From NCBI GenBank assembly GCA_041946805.1, contig JBHGBC010000061.1, positions 1 through 30,212 of the forward strand: 30,212 nucleotides of DNA. The letters are read 5' to 3'. A model generated the notes under the pieces. The model was not told the DNA's origin. It did no database searches and was given only the letters and a program-made list of their open reading frames with translations. Origin of the DNA: a bacterium (GTDB taxonomy: Bacteria; Hinthialibacterota; Hinthialibacteria; Hinthialibacterales; Hinthialibacteraceae). The translations under genes and the position numbers were made by a program. This document shows positions 1-9,000 of this stretch, piece by piece. Numbering within the stretch: position 1 is the stretch's first letter; each line of letters begins with the position of its first letter.

Positions 1-151
1 TAACATTCGAGACGACATTTTTTGAAATTGTGATGACGACTTTTTGCCGGGGCGTCTTAAATAGTCACCAAAAAATCAATCACATAACCCCCTTTCTCTT
101 TGGGGGTGGGGAATTAGCCATAGCAAAATTCAATGAACACTTTTAAACAGA

Positions 152-442
152 TTGTTAGATGTTATCGAAATCATGATCAAAAAACGTACCACATCAAAAA
201 AGGAACTTGATGAAGTCATAGATTATTGGATCAGTTTGCCAAGGGGTAGTGGATATCATGTGGAGGATTCCTTGATCAAATTCCTCGAGATCTTCACGCC
301 GGAGCAAATCAAGGGCGCCATGTATATTGCCAAGTCTAAGGGACGGCCTAGCTATTTCAGGTATCTTTGCGGTATCCTCCATAATTGGAGGAAAGAATTG
401 GAAGAAGGAAAAACTCCAAGGTATTTCGACGTGTCAGATTAA
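152..442 (+). CDS. Small protein (96 aa) with a DnaD/DnaB_2-like C-terminal motif; may be 5'-truncated
   Basis: ORF with TTG start and an in-frame TGA at 134-136. Helical sequence ending in YFRYLCGILHNW, which matches the YxxxIxxxW signature of DnaD-type domains. AT-rich codon usage; no SD sequence at the TTG. Confidence 0.5.
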   Translation: MLDVIEIMIKKRTTSKKELDEVIDYWISLPRGSGYHVEDSLIKFLEIFTPEQIKGAMYIAKSKGRPSYFRYLCGILHNWRKELEEGKTPRYFDVSD

Positions 443-545
443 AAGAAAAAGACAGGTATGTTTAATAAAGCGCCACATGATCTTGTCATCATTACACCAA
501 GTCGTTATGGCAGACAATATACCTTTATGAGGAGCGTACAGTGGG

Positions 546-1505
546 ATGTCCAATGTTTGCCCAGTTTGTGACACTCAACTAAAGGATGTCAAAGAGAGCC
601 CAGACGGACGTGATGCGAAATTTTTTTCATGCCCTTCCTGCGGTGAATTCATTCTAGCACGTACATTAATATCTAATCTACCAAATATTTTGCAAAAAGA
701 TAAAGATGCGAGAGCCAAGATCAGCCATGCTATTAGAACTGTGCAGCAGGTAAACAAGATTGTTGAGTTATCTACTAAAACCGTGGAGGAAATACTGAAG
801 CGCCCTCTGCCATCTCCAAGTGAGCAATCTGACCTCTTCGTACGTTGGTTAGCAGAGAATGTTGAATCCCCTGGAGAATTAATGTTTGTTCAGCCAAAAA
901 TTCACAGTTCGATTATTGGTGCAAAGTCCCCTGAGGGTTTCGATCTGGTTCTTCGCCACCTCTTTGACGTTGGGCTTGTAAAAGGACATTTGCTGAATAT
1001 CATTGGTGAACCTGGTACAGCCCATGTTACTCTATCTTTTGATGGTTGGAAGTATTACGAACAATTGCGCCAGGGTCAGCCAAGCTATCGCAAAGCCTTT
1101 ATGGCCATGCAATTTGGCGAACACGAATTGGACGATGTTGTTGACAAGGTTTTCAAACCTTGCGTTCATCAAGCAGGTTTTGAATTGTATAGGCTTGATG
1201 ATTTGCCTCGCGCTGGTCTTATTGACGACAGGTTACGCGTAGAAATCCAGGCTTCTGATTTCCTTATCGCGGACCTCACGCATGGCAATCTTGGGGCCTA
1301 CTGGGAGGCTGGGTATGCGGAAGGCCTTGGTAAACCTGTTATCTATACTTGCGAGAAAGATAAATTTGAGAAAGAAAAGACGCATTTTGATACCAATCAT
1401 CATCTCACCATCATTTGGGATAAGAATTCACCCGAAACGGCAGGAGAGCAGTTGAAAGCTACAATTCGTGCGACCTTACCTCATTTAGCCAAATTGCAGG
1501 ATTGA
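546..1505 (+). CDS. Zn-ribbon + winged-helix-like + nucleoside 2-deoxyribosyltransferase/TIR-like domain protein (candidate defence effector)
   Basis: N-terminal CPVC...CPSC. Central LRHLFDVGLVKG...TLSFDGW resembles a wHTH wing. C-terminal AFMAMQF...IQASDFLIADLTHGNLGAYWEAGYAEGLGKPVI...FDTNH is typical of NDT-like domains, with Glu254 retained. AGGAG at 530-534. Confidence 0.8.
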   Translation: MSNVCPVCDTQLKDVKESPDGRDAKFFSCPSCGEFILARTLISNLPNILQKDKDARAKISHAIRTVQQVNKIVELSTKTVEEILKRPLPSPSEQSDLFVRWLAENVESPGELMFVQPKIHSSIIGAKSPEGFDLVLRHLFDVGLVKGHLLNIIGEPGTAHVTLSFDGWKYYEQLRQGQPSYRKAFMAMQFGEHELDDVVDKVFKPCVHQAGFELYRLDDLPRAGLIDDRLRVEIQASDFLIADLTHGNLGAYWEAGYAEGLGKPVIYTCEKDKFEKEKTHFDTNHHLTIIWDKNSPETAGEQLKATIRATLPHLAKLQD

Positions 1506-1568
1506 TGAAGATATAACAAAGCGGATTATTCATAAGCGCTGGTATAATATATACTACCAATTCAAGTA

Positions 1569-1605
1569 CCCCCCCCACCCTGGCCCTCTCCCAGAGGGAG
1601 AGGGG
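1569..1605. repeat. REP-like palindrome, copy 1 (CCCTCTCCC-AGA-GGGAGAGGG)
   Basis: Perfect 9-bp stem at 1584-1592/1596-1604. 19 nt are identical to an inverted copy at 30125-30143. Confidence 0.75.
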
Positions 1606-1627
1606 ATTATTAGCTTTTGTCTTAATC

Positions 1628-1675
1628 AGCCCAGGGCTGACGCCCTGGGCTATCCTCGTGCCGCGCCGTTGGCGC
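1628..1675. repeat. Second REP-like element: AGCCCAGGGC-TGAC-GCCCTGGGCT plus GCGCC-GTT-GGCGC
   Basis: Perfect 10-bp stem (1628-1651) followed by a 5-bp stem (1663-1675). The two-hairpin layout resembles dispersed extragenic repeats. Only one copy in this window. Confidence 0.6.
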
Positions 1676-1795
1676 TCCGAGTGACAAATCCGCGGATCGG
1701 TAAACGGTTACGAAAAACCGCGAGCACTTCTCTTCGGTAAATCGTTACAGTTCGGTGACAGAAATCCTGTCCCGGTTCGATGGCTGGCCTCCGGG

Positions 1796-1833
1796 AAAAA
1801 TGAATCCTCCCCTGGTGAAGGCCAAGGGAGGAT
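1796..1833 (-). terminator. Probable intrinsic terminator of the three-gene minus-strand operon
   Basis: ATCCTCCC...GGGAGGAT stem (1804-1833) followed on the minus strand by TCATTTTT. Lies about 40 nt after the stop at 1876. Confidence 0.6.
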
Positions 1834-1875
1834 GGCAAGTCCAAACCCTCCACGAATCCGTGTTATTCTTTCCGG

Positions 1876-3531
1876 TCAACTTCCGGCCAGATTCTTGTCC
1901 AAGGGATTTTGGGATTCGTTGCCAGGAACATTGAGCAACAAATCGCCGATCGGGTTGGGCCGGATGAATTTCCGGTAGAAGAGGTTCGGATCCAGTTTCA
2001 GGATTTTCCAGTTGGGCGGCTGAATGATCTGAATGTTGCCGGGATCGAGTTGCACCGCGGGCAGGCGGACGGTGTCGATGACCCCGCCGATCAGGCGGCG
2101 TTCGATTTCCAGGTTATAGCCCACCGGGGTTTTCTCGTTGTTGAGCTCCAACGCGCCCTGGTTCTGGACGATTTTCAGCAGAACGGGCGAGCCGGGCTCG
2201 GACTGGAGTCCGGTCAATTTGAAGATCCGCGCTTCCTGGCCGGGTTTGACGATCTGGGTGAAGGTCGCGTTGAAACTCTCCGCCCGGGTGTTGTTGAACA
2301 GCGTGAGCGAAGGCGAGGCGGTGCCGATATCCCGGACGCGGAAGAGATCGATGCCATCGCCACCGATGGCTTCAATGCGCAAGTGGCTCAGCACGCCCGC
2401 GATGTCGAAGCGGTACCCGCCGTTGTTTTTCACTTGGACATCCAGTTCCCCGCCGGGATTGGCCAGTTGATAGTAGATGGAGAAGTCATACGGCGCGCCC
2501 TGGTCGGAGGGGTAGAACGGAACGATGTTGAGCAAGCCGGTGGAGGGATCGTTGTCGATCTCCTTGGTCCCCGGCTTGAAGAGGCGCTTGCCTTGCGAGT
2601 TGGTCACTTGTTCGAGGTCCGAACCGGAGCCGAAGATGAAGAATTCGTTGATGAAGGTCAGGGCGTTGAGGCCCAGGGAACTGGGCGTGCGGGCGCGGGG
2701 GCCGGCGAGGGAAATGGGGGTGATGATGATGTTGCCGCCCGACGAAGGATCTCCCGACCAGACCTCCCCCCCGGCCATCTCGAACTCCCAACTGTGGTCG
2801 GAGTGGATTTGGATGTAATTTTCCCCGTTGATGTACCAGGGCTGGTCGGCGGGATCGTACCAGGAGCGGTTGGGATCGTAGAGGTAGATCCGCTTGTCAT
2901 TGGCGCCGTAGCTGACGGCATTGATGACCGCCAGGGTGTGTCCGCCATCGACGGGGCTGAGGCCCTTGGTGATGCTGACCAGCACGGGATCGTCGCGCAG
3001 GGCGTAATACTCGGCCTGGTCGAAGGCATAGAGGCCGTCGCGGTTCTTGCCCAGGGCGATGATTTCCAGGTATTGCTCGAGGGAGGGCAGGTTGACCTGG
3101 TGGCCGTGCATCTGGTTGATGGCGCGGTAGAGGTTGGGGTCGGTGGGGCCGGCGTCGGCGGCGGAAAGGTCCCCGGAATACTGGGCGCAGGGAGCGCAGT
3201 AGCCCAGGTGGCCGCCTTTCTCCAAAATCAATTGGGCCATGAGGGACATGCCGTAGCAATTGCCGTTGGCCGACAGTTCGCTCTTGTAAACATAGTCATA
3301 GAAGAGCACGTCGAATCCCGAGGCGGCGGGGTCGCGGGTGGGAGGAATGCCGATGAAGGTATCGCGGTAGAGCTCCCAACTGAATTCGGGCGTGTCGAAA
3401 TTGTGGAACGCCCACCCGTTATCGGCGGTCCAATGTTGCGCCCAGCCCGGCACGGCGAGGACCGCGCATGCCATACTCACTCCGAAAAGGATCCCCTTGA
3501 TGGTTTTGCCGATGGTTTTCATGGATCTCAC
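1876..3531 (-). CDS. Secreted papain-like (Cys-His-Asp) peptidase-fold protein with beta-rich C-terminal region
   Basis: Signal peptide ending AVPGWA. Motifs GNCYGMS (Cys92), GGHTL (His198) and YLYDPN (Asp219). Start is GTG 3531 or ATG 3522. Confidence 0.75.
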   Translation of the reverse strand: MRSMKTIGKTIKGILFGVSMACAVLAVPGWAQHWTADNGWAFHNFDTPEFSWELYRDTFIGIPPTRDPAASGFDVLFYDYVYKSELSANGNCYGMSLMAQLILEKGGHLGYCAPCAQYSGDLSAADAGPTDPNLYRAINQMHGHQVNLPSLEQYLEIIALGKNRDGLYAFDQAEYYALRDDPVLVSITKGLSPVDGGHTLAVINAVSYGANDKRIYLYDPNRSWYDPADQPWYINGENYIQIHSDHSWEFEMAGGEVWSGDPSSGGNIIITPISLAGPRARTPSSLGLNALTFINEFFIFGSGSDLEQVTNSQGKRLFKPGTKEIDNDPSTGLLNIVPFYPSDQGAPYDFSIYYQLANPGGELDVQVKNNGGYRFDIAGVLSHLRIEAIGGDGIDLFRVRDIGTASPSLTLFNNTRAESFNATFTQIVKPGQEARIFKLTGLQSEPGSPVLLKIVQNQGALELNNEKTPVGYNLEIERRLIGGVIDTVRLPAVQLDPGNIQIIQPPNWKILKLDPNLFYRKFIRPNPIGDLLLNVPGNESQNPLDKNLAGS

Positions 3532-3596
3532 CCTTGTTCTTTGGTATCACGCGTTCGCATCCAGTCTGGACGGGTTACGACTCGTATCACCTGGTT

Positions 3597-6035
3597 TCAG
3601 GGGGATACCGTTCCGTTCTTGGCCGCCGACAGGGGAGACAAGTCGCCCTGCCGGTCAATCTCGAGCACCTTGTACCAATATTCCACGCCGCGCGCCACCT
3701 GGACATCGACGTATTGGTTGTCCTTGACAATGGGGCTGATCTGCAGGAACGGGCCGGTGGACTGGCGGCTGCGGAAGACCACGAAACCGTTGTACAGGTT
3801 GGGATCAAACGCCGGATTCCACTGCAGCGCCAGGGCGCAGTCCGGCGATTGGGTGTTCACGGCGGTGATTTCGGGCGTCGCGGGATGTTGGGTGGAAAAG
3901 GTGAAGGTGCTGACCGGAACCGCGAGGGCGAGGTCGCCCTCGTTCCCCACGATGTCGATACCCACCACCTTGTACCAGTAGATCACATGCGGATCGATAG
4001 GCGCGTCTTTCAGCGTGCCGATGCTCATGTCCTCGCGGGGCACCAGCGGGATCTGATCGCATCCCGCCATGGACGAGGGAGCGTAGGGGGCCCCCAACTG
4101 CACGGGCACGGCGGGAGGTACTTCGACGGTCATGCCGCCCACCCATGCAAAGGGCCCGGCTTCGGACTCCGCGCGGTAGACGTGATAGGCGGCGACATCC
4201 TGCACCGGGGCGCCCACCCATTCGATCTCGATCCGGCCGTCCCGGGCGGCGAGGCGCGAGATCACCGCGGGATCGGGCGGGGTTTTATCGCGCAGCCGCT
4301 GGCAGACGATTTTTTCCTTCGCGGGATCCGGCGGCAGGGTGCCGTTTTGGTTCTGCCGCTGGTCGATGGCCTTGACGAGATAGGCATAGCAGAGCGGCGA
4401 TCCGGCGGGGACCGTGGTGTCATCGAAAAACGGCTGCACCCCGGTTTCCTTGATGGCTTCCGCTTCGCTTTGGCTGACGTAGCCGATCAGTTTGAAGATT
4501 TCGGGGCATTCCTTGGGTTTCTGATCGGTTTGGCGTTCCCGCCGGCGGCGTTCCTCGGAAACGCAAGTCCAATCGCCGAACTCGCACAGGCTGCGGTAAA
4601 TCAAGTACCCGTCCATATCCGGTTCGCCGTTCAAGTCCCAGCTGACCCGGATGAATTCCTCGAATCCCTCGGCTGCCGTGCCCGAGGGCGTGGCCGGGGG
4701 GCTGACATCGTTCAAGAAGCCGGCGACGGCGGCGGACCGGCTGCCCACGTTGCCCGCGCCATCGACGCATTCGATCCGGTACCAGAAGGTTTTCTCGCCG
4801 TAGAGGGGCCGGAGGACGGGATCGTTGTCGAAGGCGGTGACCGTGAGGATGCCGGCCGCCGGCTGCGGATAGAGGCCGCCGACCTGCACCGCGGCCGTGC
4901 TGTCGGGAATCTCATAGCGGAAAACCCGGTAGCCCTGGATGGAAGCCTCCACGTGGCTGTCGGTGTCCAGCGTCACTTTCCCCCATTGCAATTCCAGCTG
5001 GTTCATGGCGTCGTTGGCGTTGACGGACACTTCCTGGGGCGACCGGGGCGGGGTCTGGTCAGCCGGGGCGGCCGAGGCGGAGGCGGCGCTCATATCCCCC
5101 ACATAGCCCAGCAGGCTGGTGCAGGCGATCTTATAATAATAGGTCACCCCATTGGTGGGTCCGTCGAAGACCACGCCATTGACCAGATGCGTGATGGGAT
5201 TGCCGTTTTCATCCCAGCGCTGGTAATCGACATACCCGTTGGCGGGGGCGGGAAGCGGATCCCCGTAGAGGTCTTGCTCGAAGCGCGTGGTGAAGGGGGT
5301 TTCGTTGATCGGGTTGTAGGGGCCCACGGCGTTGGCGGAGCGGTACACGTAAAATCCCGCCGCGCCGGCCACGTCGTCCCAGGTCACCAGGATCTGGCTG
5401 TCGCCTCCTTGGGCGTTGAGGGACGCGGGGGGCGGGGGCGGGACGGGCGTGCCCGCCACGATGGTGATATCGGTGGCGAGGACGACTTCTTCCTTGAGCC
5501 GGGGATTGAAGCCGCGCAGTTCATAATAATACCTGTCGCCGGTGGCCACCCCTTGGTCATAGTATCCCTGGCCCGCCACCACGGCGATTTTCCACTTGCC
5601 GCGCGCCAGCATTTGGAGGCGTTGGAAGGGCGTGCCATCGCGCGGGATGCCGCTGATGAGGCAGGGATCGAAGGGGGTGGACGTGGAACCCAACGTGCCC
5701 TCGATCAGGTTCCATTCCACGCTGTCCTCGGGGATCAAATTTTTGATTTCGTCGCAATTTTCCCAGGCCGCGATGGGAATCCGGCCGTTGAGCGGCTCCC
5801 GGGGATAGTCTCCGATGAGTGAGGTTTTGCGGTAGAGATTGAACTGGGTGATCCCCTCCACCGCCGGCCAGGTCAGCACATTGTTGGTCAGTTTGCTGAC
5901 CAGGCGCGGCTTGACCGTGTCGATGCTCACCCGGACTTCTTTCTCAAATTCCCGGGCGCCCGCCGGAAGGATCAGACCGGAGACTGCCCCAAGGACCGGC
6001 AGCGCGGCGATTACGAGTCGAAGGGAAATACGCAT
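3597..6035 (-). CDS. Secreted multi-fibronectin type III domain protein (812 aa)
   Basis: GAGGAG SD and signal peptide. Repeated FN3 patterns: PPxxP...(V/L/I)xW...(G/A)(F/Y)x(V/I)(Y/F)R...D...YxYxI/V, about 6-7 units. Several cysteines consistent with disulfides. Confidence 0.88.
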   Translation of the reverse strand: MRISLRLVIAALPVLGAVSGLILPAGAREFEKEVRVSIDTVKPRLVSKLTNNVLTWPAVEGITQFNLYRKTSLIGDYPREPLNGRIPIAAWENCDEIKNLIPEDSVEWNLIEGTLGSTSTPFDPCLISGIPRDGTPFQRLQMLARGKWKIAVVAGQGYYDQGVATGDRYYYELRGFNPRLKEEVVLATDITIVAGTPVPPPPPASLNAQGGDSQILVTWDDVAGAAGFYVYRSANAVGPYNPINETPFTTRFEQDLYGDPLPAPANGYVDYQRWDENGNPITHLVNGVVFDGPTNGVTYYYKIACTSLLGYVGDMSAASASAAPADQTPPRSPQEVSVNANDAMNQLELQWGKVTLDTDSHVEASIQGYRVFRYEIPDSTAAVQVGGLYPQPAAGILTVTAFDNDPVLRPLYGEKTFWYRIECVDGAGNVGSRSAAVAGFLNDVSPPATPSGTAAEGFEEFIRVSWDLNGEPDMDGYLIYRSLCEFGDWTCVSEERRRRERQTDQKPKECPEIFKLIGYVSQSEAEAIKETGVQPFFDDTTVPAGSPLCYAYLVKAIDQRQNQNGTLPPDPAKEKIVCQRLRDKTPPDPAVISRLAARDGRIEIEWVGAPVQDVAAYHVYRAESEAGPFAWVGGMTVEVPPAVPVQLGAPYAPSSMAGCDQIPLVPREDMSIGTLKDAPIDPHVIYWYKVVGIDIVGNEGDLALAVPVSTFTFSTQHPATPEITAVNTQSPDCALALQWNPAFDPNLYNGFVVFRSRQSTGPFLQISPIVKDNQYVDVQVARGVEYWYKVLEIDRQGDLSPLSAAKNGTVSP

Positions 6036-6059
6036 CGGATTTGCTCCTCAATGGTTGTT

Positions 6060-9000
6060 TTACTCAATGAAAAAGCCATCCACCGAATTCAATCCCACGG
6101 TGACATCCACGGACCCGCAAATGACCCACAGCACGCAGGCTTCCAGCCCCACCGTGCCTTGGAAACTGAACGGCGCGGGGAACATCATCTGCAGGTCGCC
6201 CCAGGCCCCGGCGGATACCAGTCCGCCGAGAATGTCACCCCAAATATGGATCCCCAGGTTGCCCACCACGTACGGCAGTCCCGGAATGCCGGACGAATTG
6301 CCGGCGATGCCGAGATCCACGAACGCGCCGAGGCCCACATAGACCTCATACCCGCCGGAAACGATGTACAGGTTGATGCTGGCCCCGCTCTTGCAGTAGC
6401 CATAAAAGCCCGTGAGCCGGTCCGGCATGGGCGACATGTTGAGCGAATAGCGGCTGCCCGCGTCCTGCAGCACCCAGGCGTTGCTCTTGGGAGCGTTGAT
6501 CCCCAGGTAGAAGCCGCCCTCCTCGGTCATCCCACCGATCGGGGCCACAATTTCCACCGCCACGCGGCCCTGGAGGGACTGGTACGATTCCACGCTGGAG
6601 AAGGCGCCGAGATGCCATTCCAGACGGCCCTCCACGTCCAGGCCGGAGAAGAGGGTGATGGAGGAGAATTTCCCCTCCAGTTCCCCTTCCACGAAGTCTT
6701 CCGCGCGGTTAACGGTAAAACGGGCCGAACCGCTGACCTCGACATCGCTGCCCACGAGGAGGGAGAGGTACATGTCGCCGTTGAGGCGCAGTTCCGAGAT
6801 GGAGGGCGTCAGATCCCATTCCAGATTCACGTAGGTGGCGGAGCGCAGAGCTATGTTGACATTGGCGGCGGTTTCGAGTTCGGCGTTCAGGTGAACCCGC
6901 TCCACCTGGCCGTTCACCACGCAGGCGCAGGCGGCGGCCTTGGCCATGGTCCCGAAGTGCGCCACCGGCCCCAGGGTGAAGTCGTTGCGGGCCTCCGCGC
7001 TCTCGCTGAAGCCGCTCATGCAAATCCGGGTGCTGGAGAGCACGATGGTCCCGGCCAAACTGCCGTCGACCGGCGCCAAGGCCATGGAACCCGTGCCGGT
7101 GAAACCATCCTGGTCATTGTCATCGTAGGCCAGATCGAAATCGAACGCGCCGAACGAATCGCCCCAGTCCCGGGCGATGTTGGGATCGGTGGGCTGGGTG
7201 CCGAATTCGGTGTCGGAGGCCAGTTCGATCCGGCGGCCGTTGTAGGGATAATCGGGCTTGGAAATATAGTTGTAATCCTTGATGTTGAAATAGTTCGCGC
7301 CGAAGAAATCGAAATGCACGGTCCCGCCGGTTTGCAGGAAGGCCTTGGTCTTGGCGGCGTCGTCGGCGGGATCCCAGGGCGAGAGGCCGATGGCTTCCAT
7401 CACGTACTGGAAGCCGTCGAACTTTTGGCCTTCGGAGTTGTAATCGAACACCAGGCGGCCGAGTTGCCCGCTGGACTGAATTTCACCCCAGATGAGATAA
7501 AACGGCCGGGCGAAGTGACGTTTTTCATACAGGCCGGCGGCGGTCAGGAAGATCTGGCCCGTCTTGATGCTCATGACGCCGGCGGAGGAAGCCCCGGGCT
7601 GCTGCACCAGTTCCAGCCCCCAGTAATCCAGGGTCACGGGATTGTCCAGATGGATGGCGGCGGCCGGAATATGCGCCGTGGAGGTCAGTTGAACGCCGTC
7701 GAAGGGAATCGTGACCTTGGCCGGGCCTTCCAGCTTGACCTGTCCCTCGAGATTGTTGTAAAGCATCGCACTCTCGACGAACTGGAAGATCAAGAAGATT
7801 TCCTTCGTCTGGTCATTGGTGTAGTCCATGCTGGTCTGGAAGGGAACCTTGATGCCGTTGTAGTCCTTGCCCATGTAATAGCCCTCATGGGTGGGACCGA
7901 GTTTCAAATCCTGGCGGAAGCGGTAGTACAAAAATTCCCCGTGAACCCCGTGGCTGACGACGTTCAGCCAGGAATTGGAATATCCGGTGAATTGGATGGG
8001 GGCCCGTCCCGGCGTATCGGGAGTGAACGCGGTGAGGTTTCCCATCTGGAAGATGGTGGCGCCCTGGATGTTTTGTTCCTCCAGTTTGGTGTTTTGGGGC
8101 GCGAAGACCGGCTGGGAGAAATCTCCCCCGCCGTTCAGCGGCCAGTAAGCCGGTTTGATGGTGCTGGAGAGATAGAAATACGCGCTGCCGGGCGGACCGG
8201 CGGTATAGGCCATGTATTCCGGCGAGGTGCGGCTGAATTCACCCCAGACGAAGTCCTGCGTGAAAACCAGGGAATCGGAATAGAGATCCATGTCGCTCTG
8301 GACGAGCAGCGACGTGTAGGCGGCGCGGATTTGGTTTTTGCCGGGATCCATCACCGCTTCCCGCGGCAACATGATCACCCCGTTGGTGAAGAGGCCGTCG
8401 GTGATTTGGCAGTTGGTCATGTTGAATCCGCCCTCGGTGATTTCCACGCTATAGCCCAGGGGTTGAAGGGCGCCGAAGGAGTAATCCTCTTTCAGGTCGA
8501 AACGGGCGGAAAATCCGCTGGCGGACACCAGGGCGTTTTCATACGCGTACCAGGCCTTGAGATAGCCCGTGTTGGAAATGACGTTGCCGCTATCGGGAAT
8601 CGTCTCCCCGTCGGGCAATATCACACCGCGCCAGAATGCGGCCAGGGGCGATCCCGTCCAGCCCGGCCAGGTCCAGGAGAGGGAAAAATCGGCGACGAAG
8701 CCGGTCCCTTGGATCAGCATGCCCGTGTCGCAGACCTGCCAGGGACCGTAGGGTTGATCCAGATATTCGCCATGGAATTGGCAGTCGGCGGTGATGGTGA
8801 TAGTCCCCAAATCGACCCGCGCCGGGCGGCAATCCACGCCACTGGTGAGGCAGGAGGGGAATTCCAGCTCCGCGTCGGCGGCCGCCTCGGTGGTGGTGAT
8901 CTCGAGCGTATTCAGGAAAATGGTGAATCCGGCGGTTTCCAGGGTGGCGGGAACCGCGGGGGAGGGGCTTTCGCTCGGGTAATAGGCGCGGCCCGACTCC

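Noticed and set aside
1..545. Retron ncRNA or reverse transcriptase partner for the NDT-like gene
   Set aside because: No RT ORF and no long a1/a2 inverted repeats are visible in the window. A partner further left cannot be excluded.
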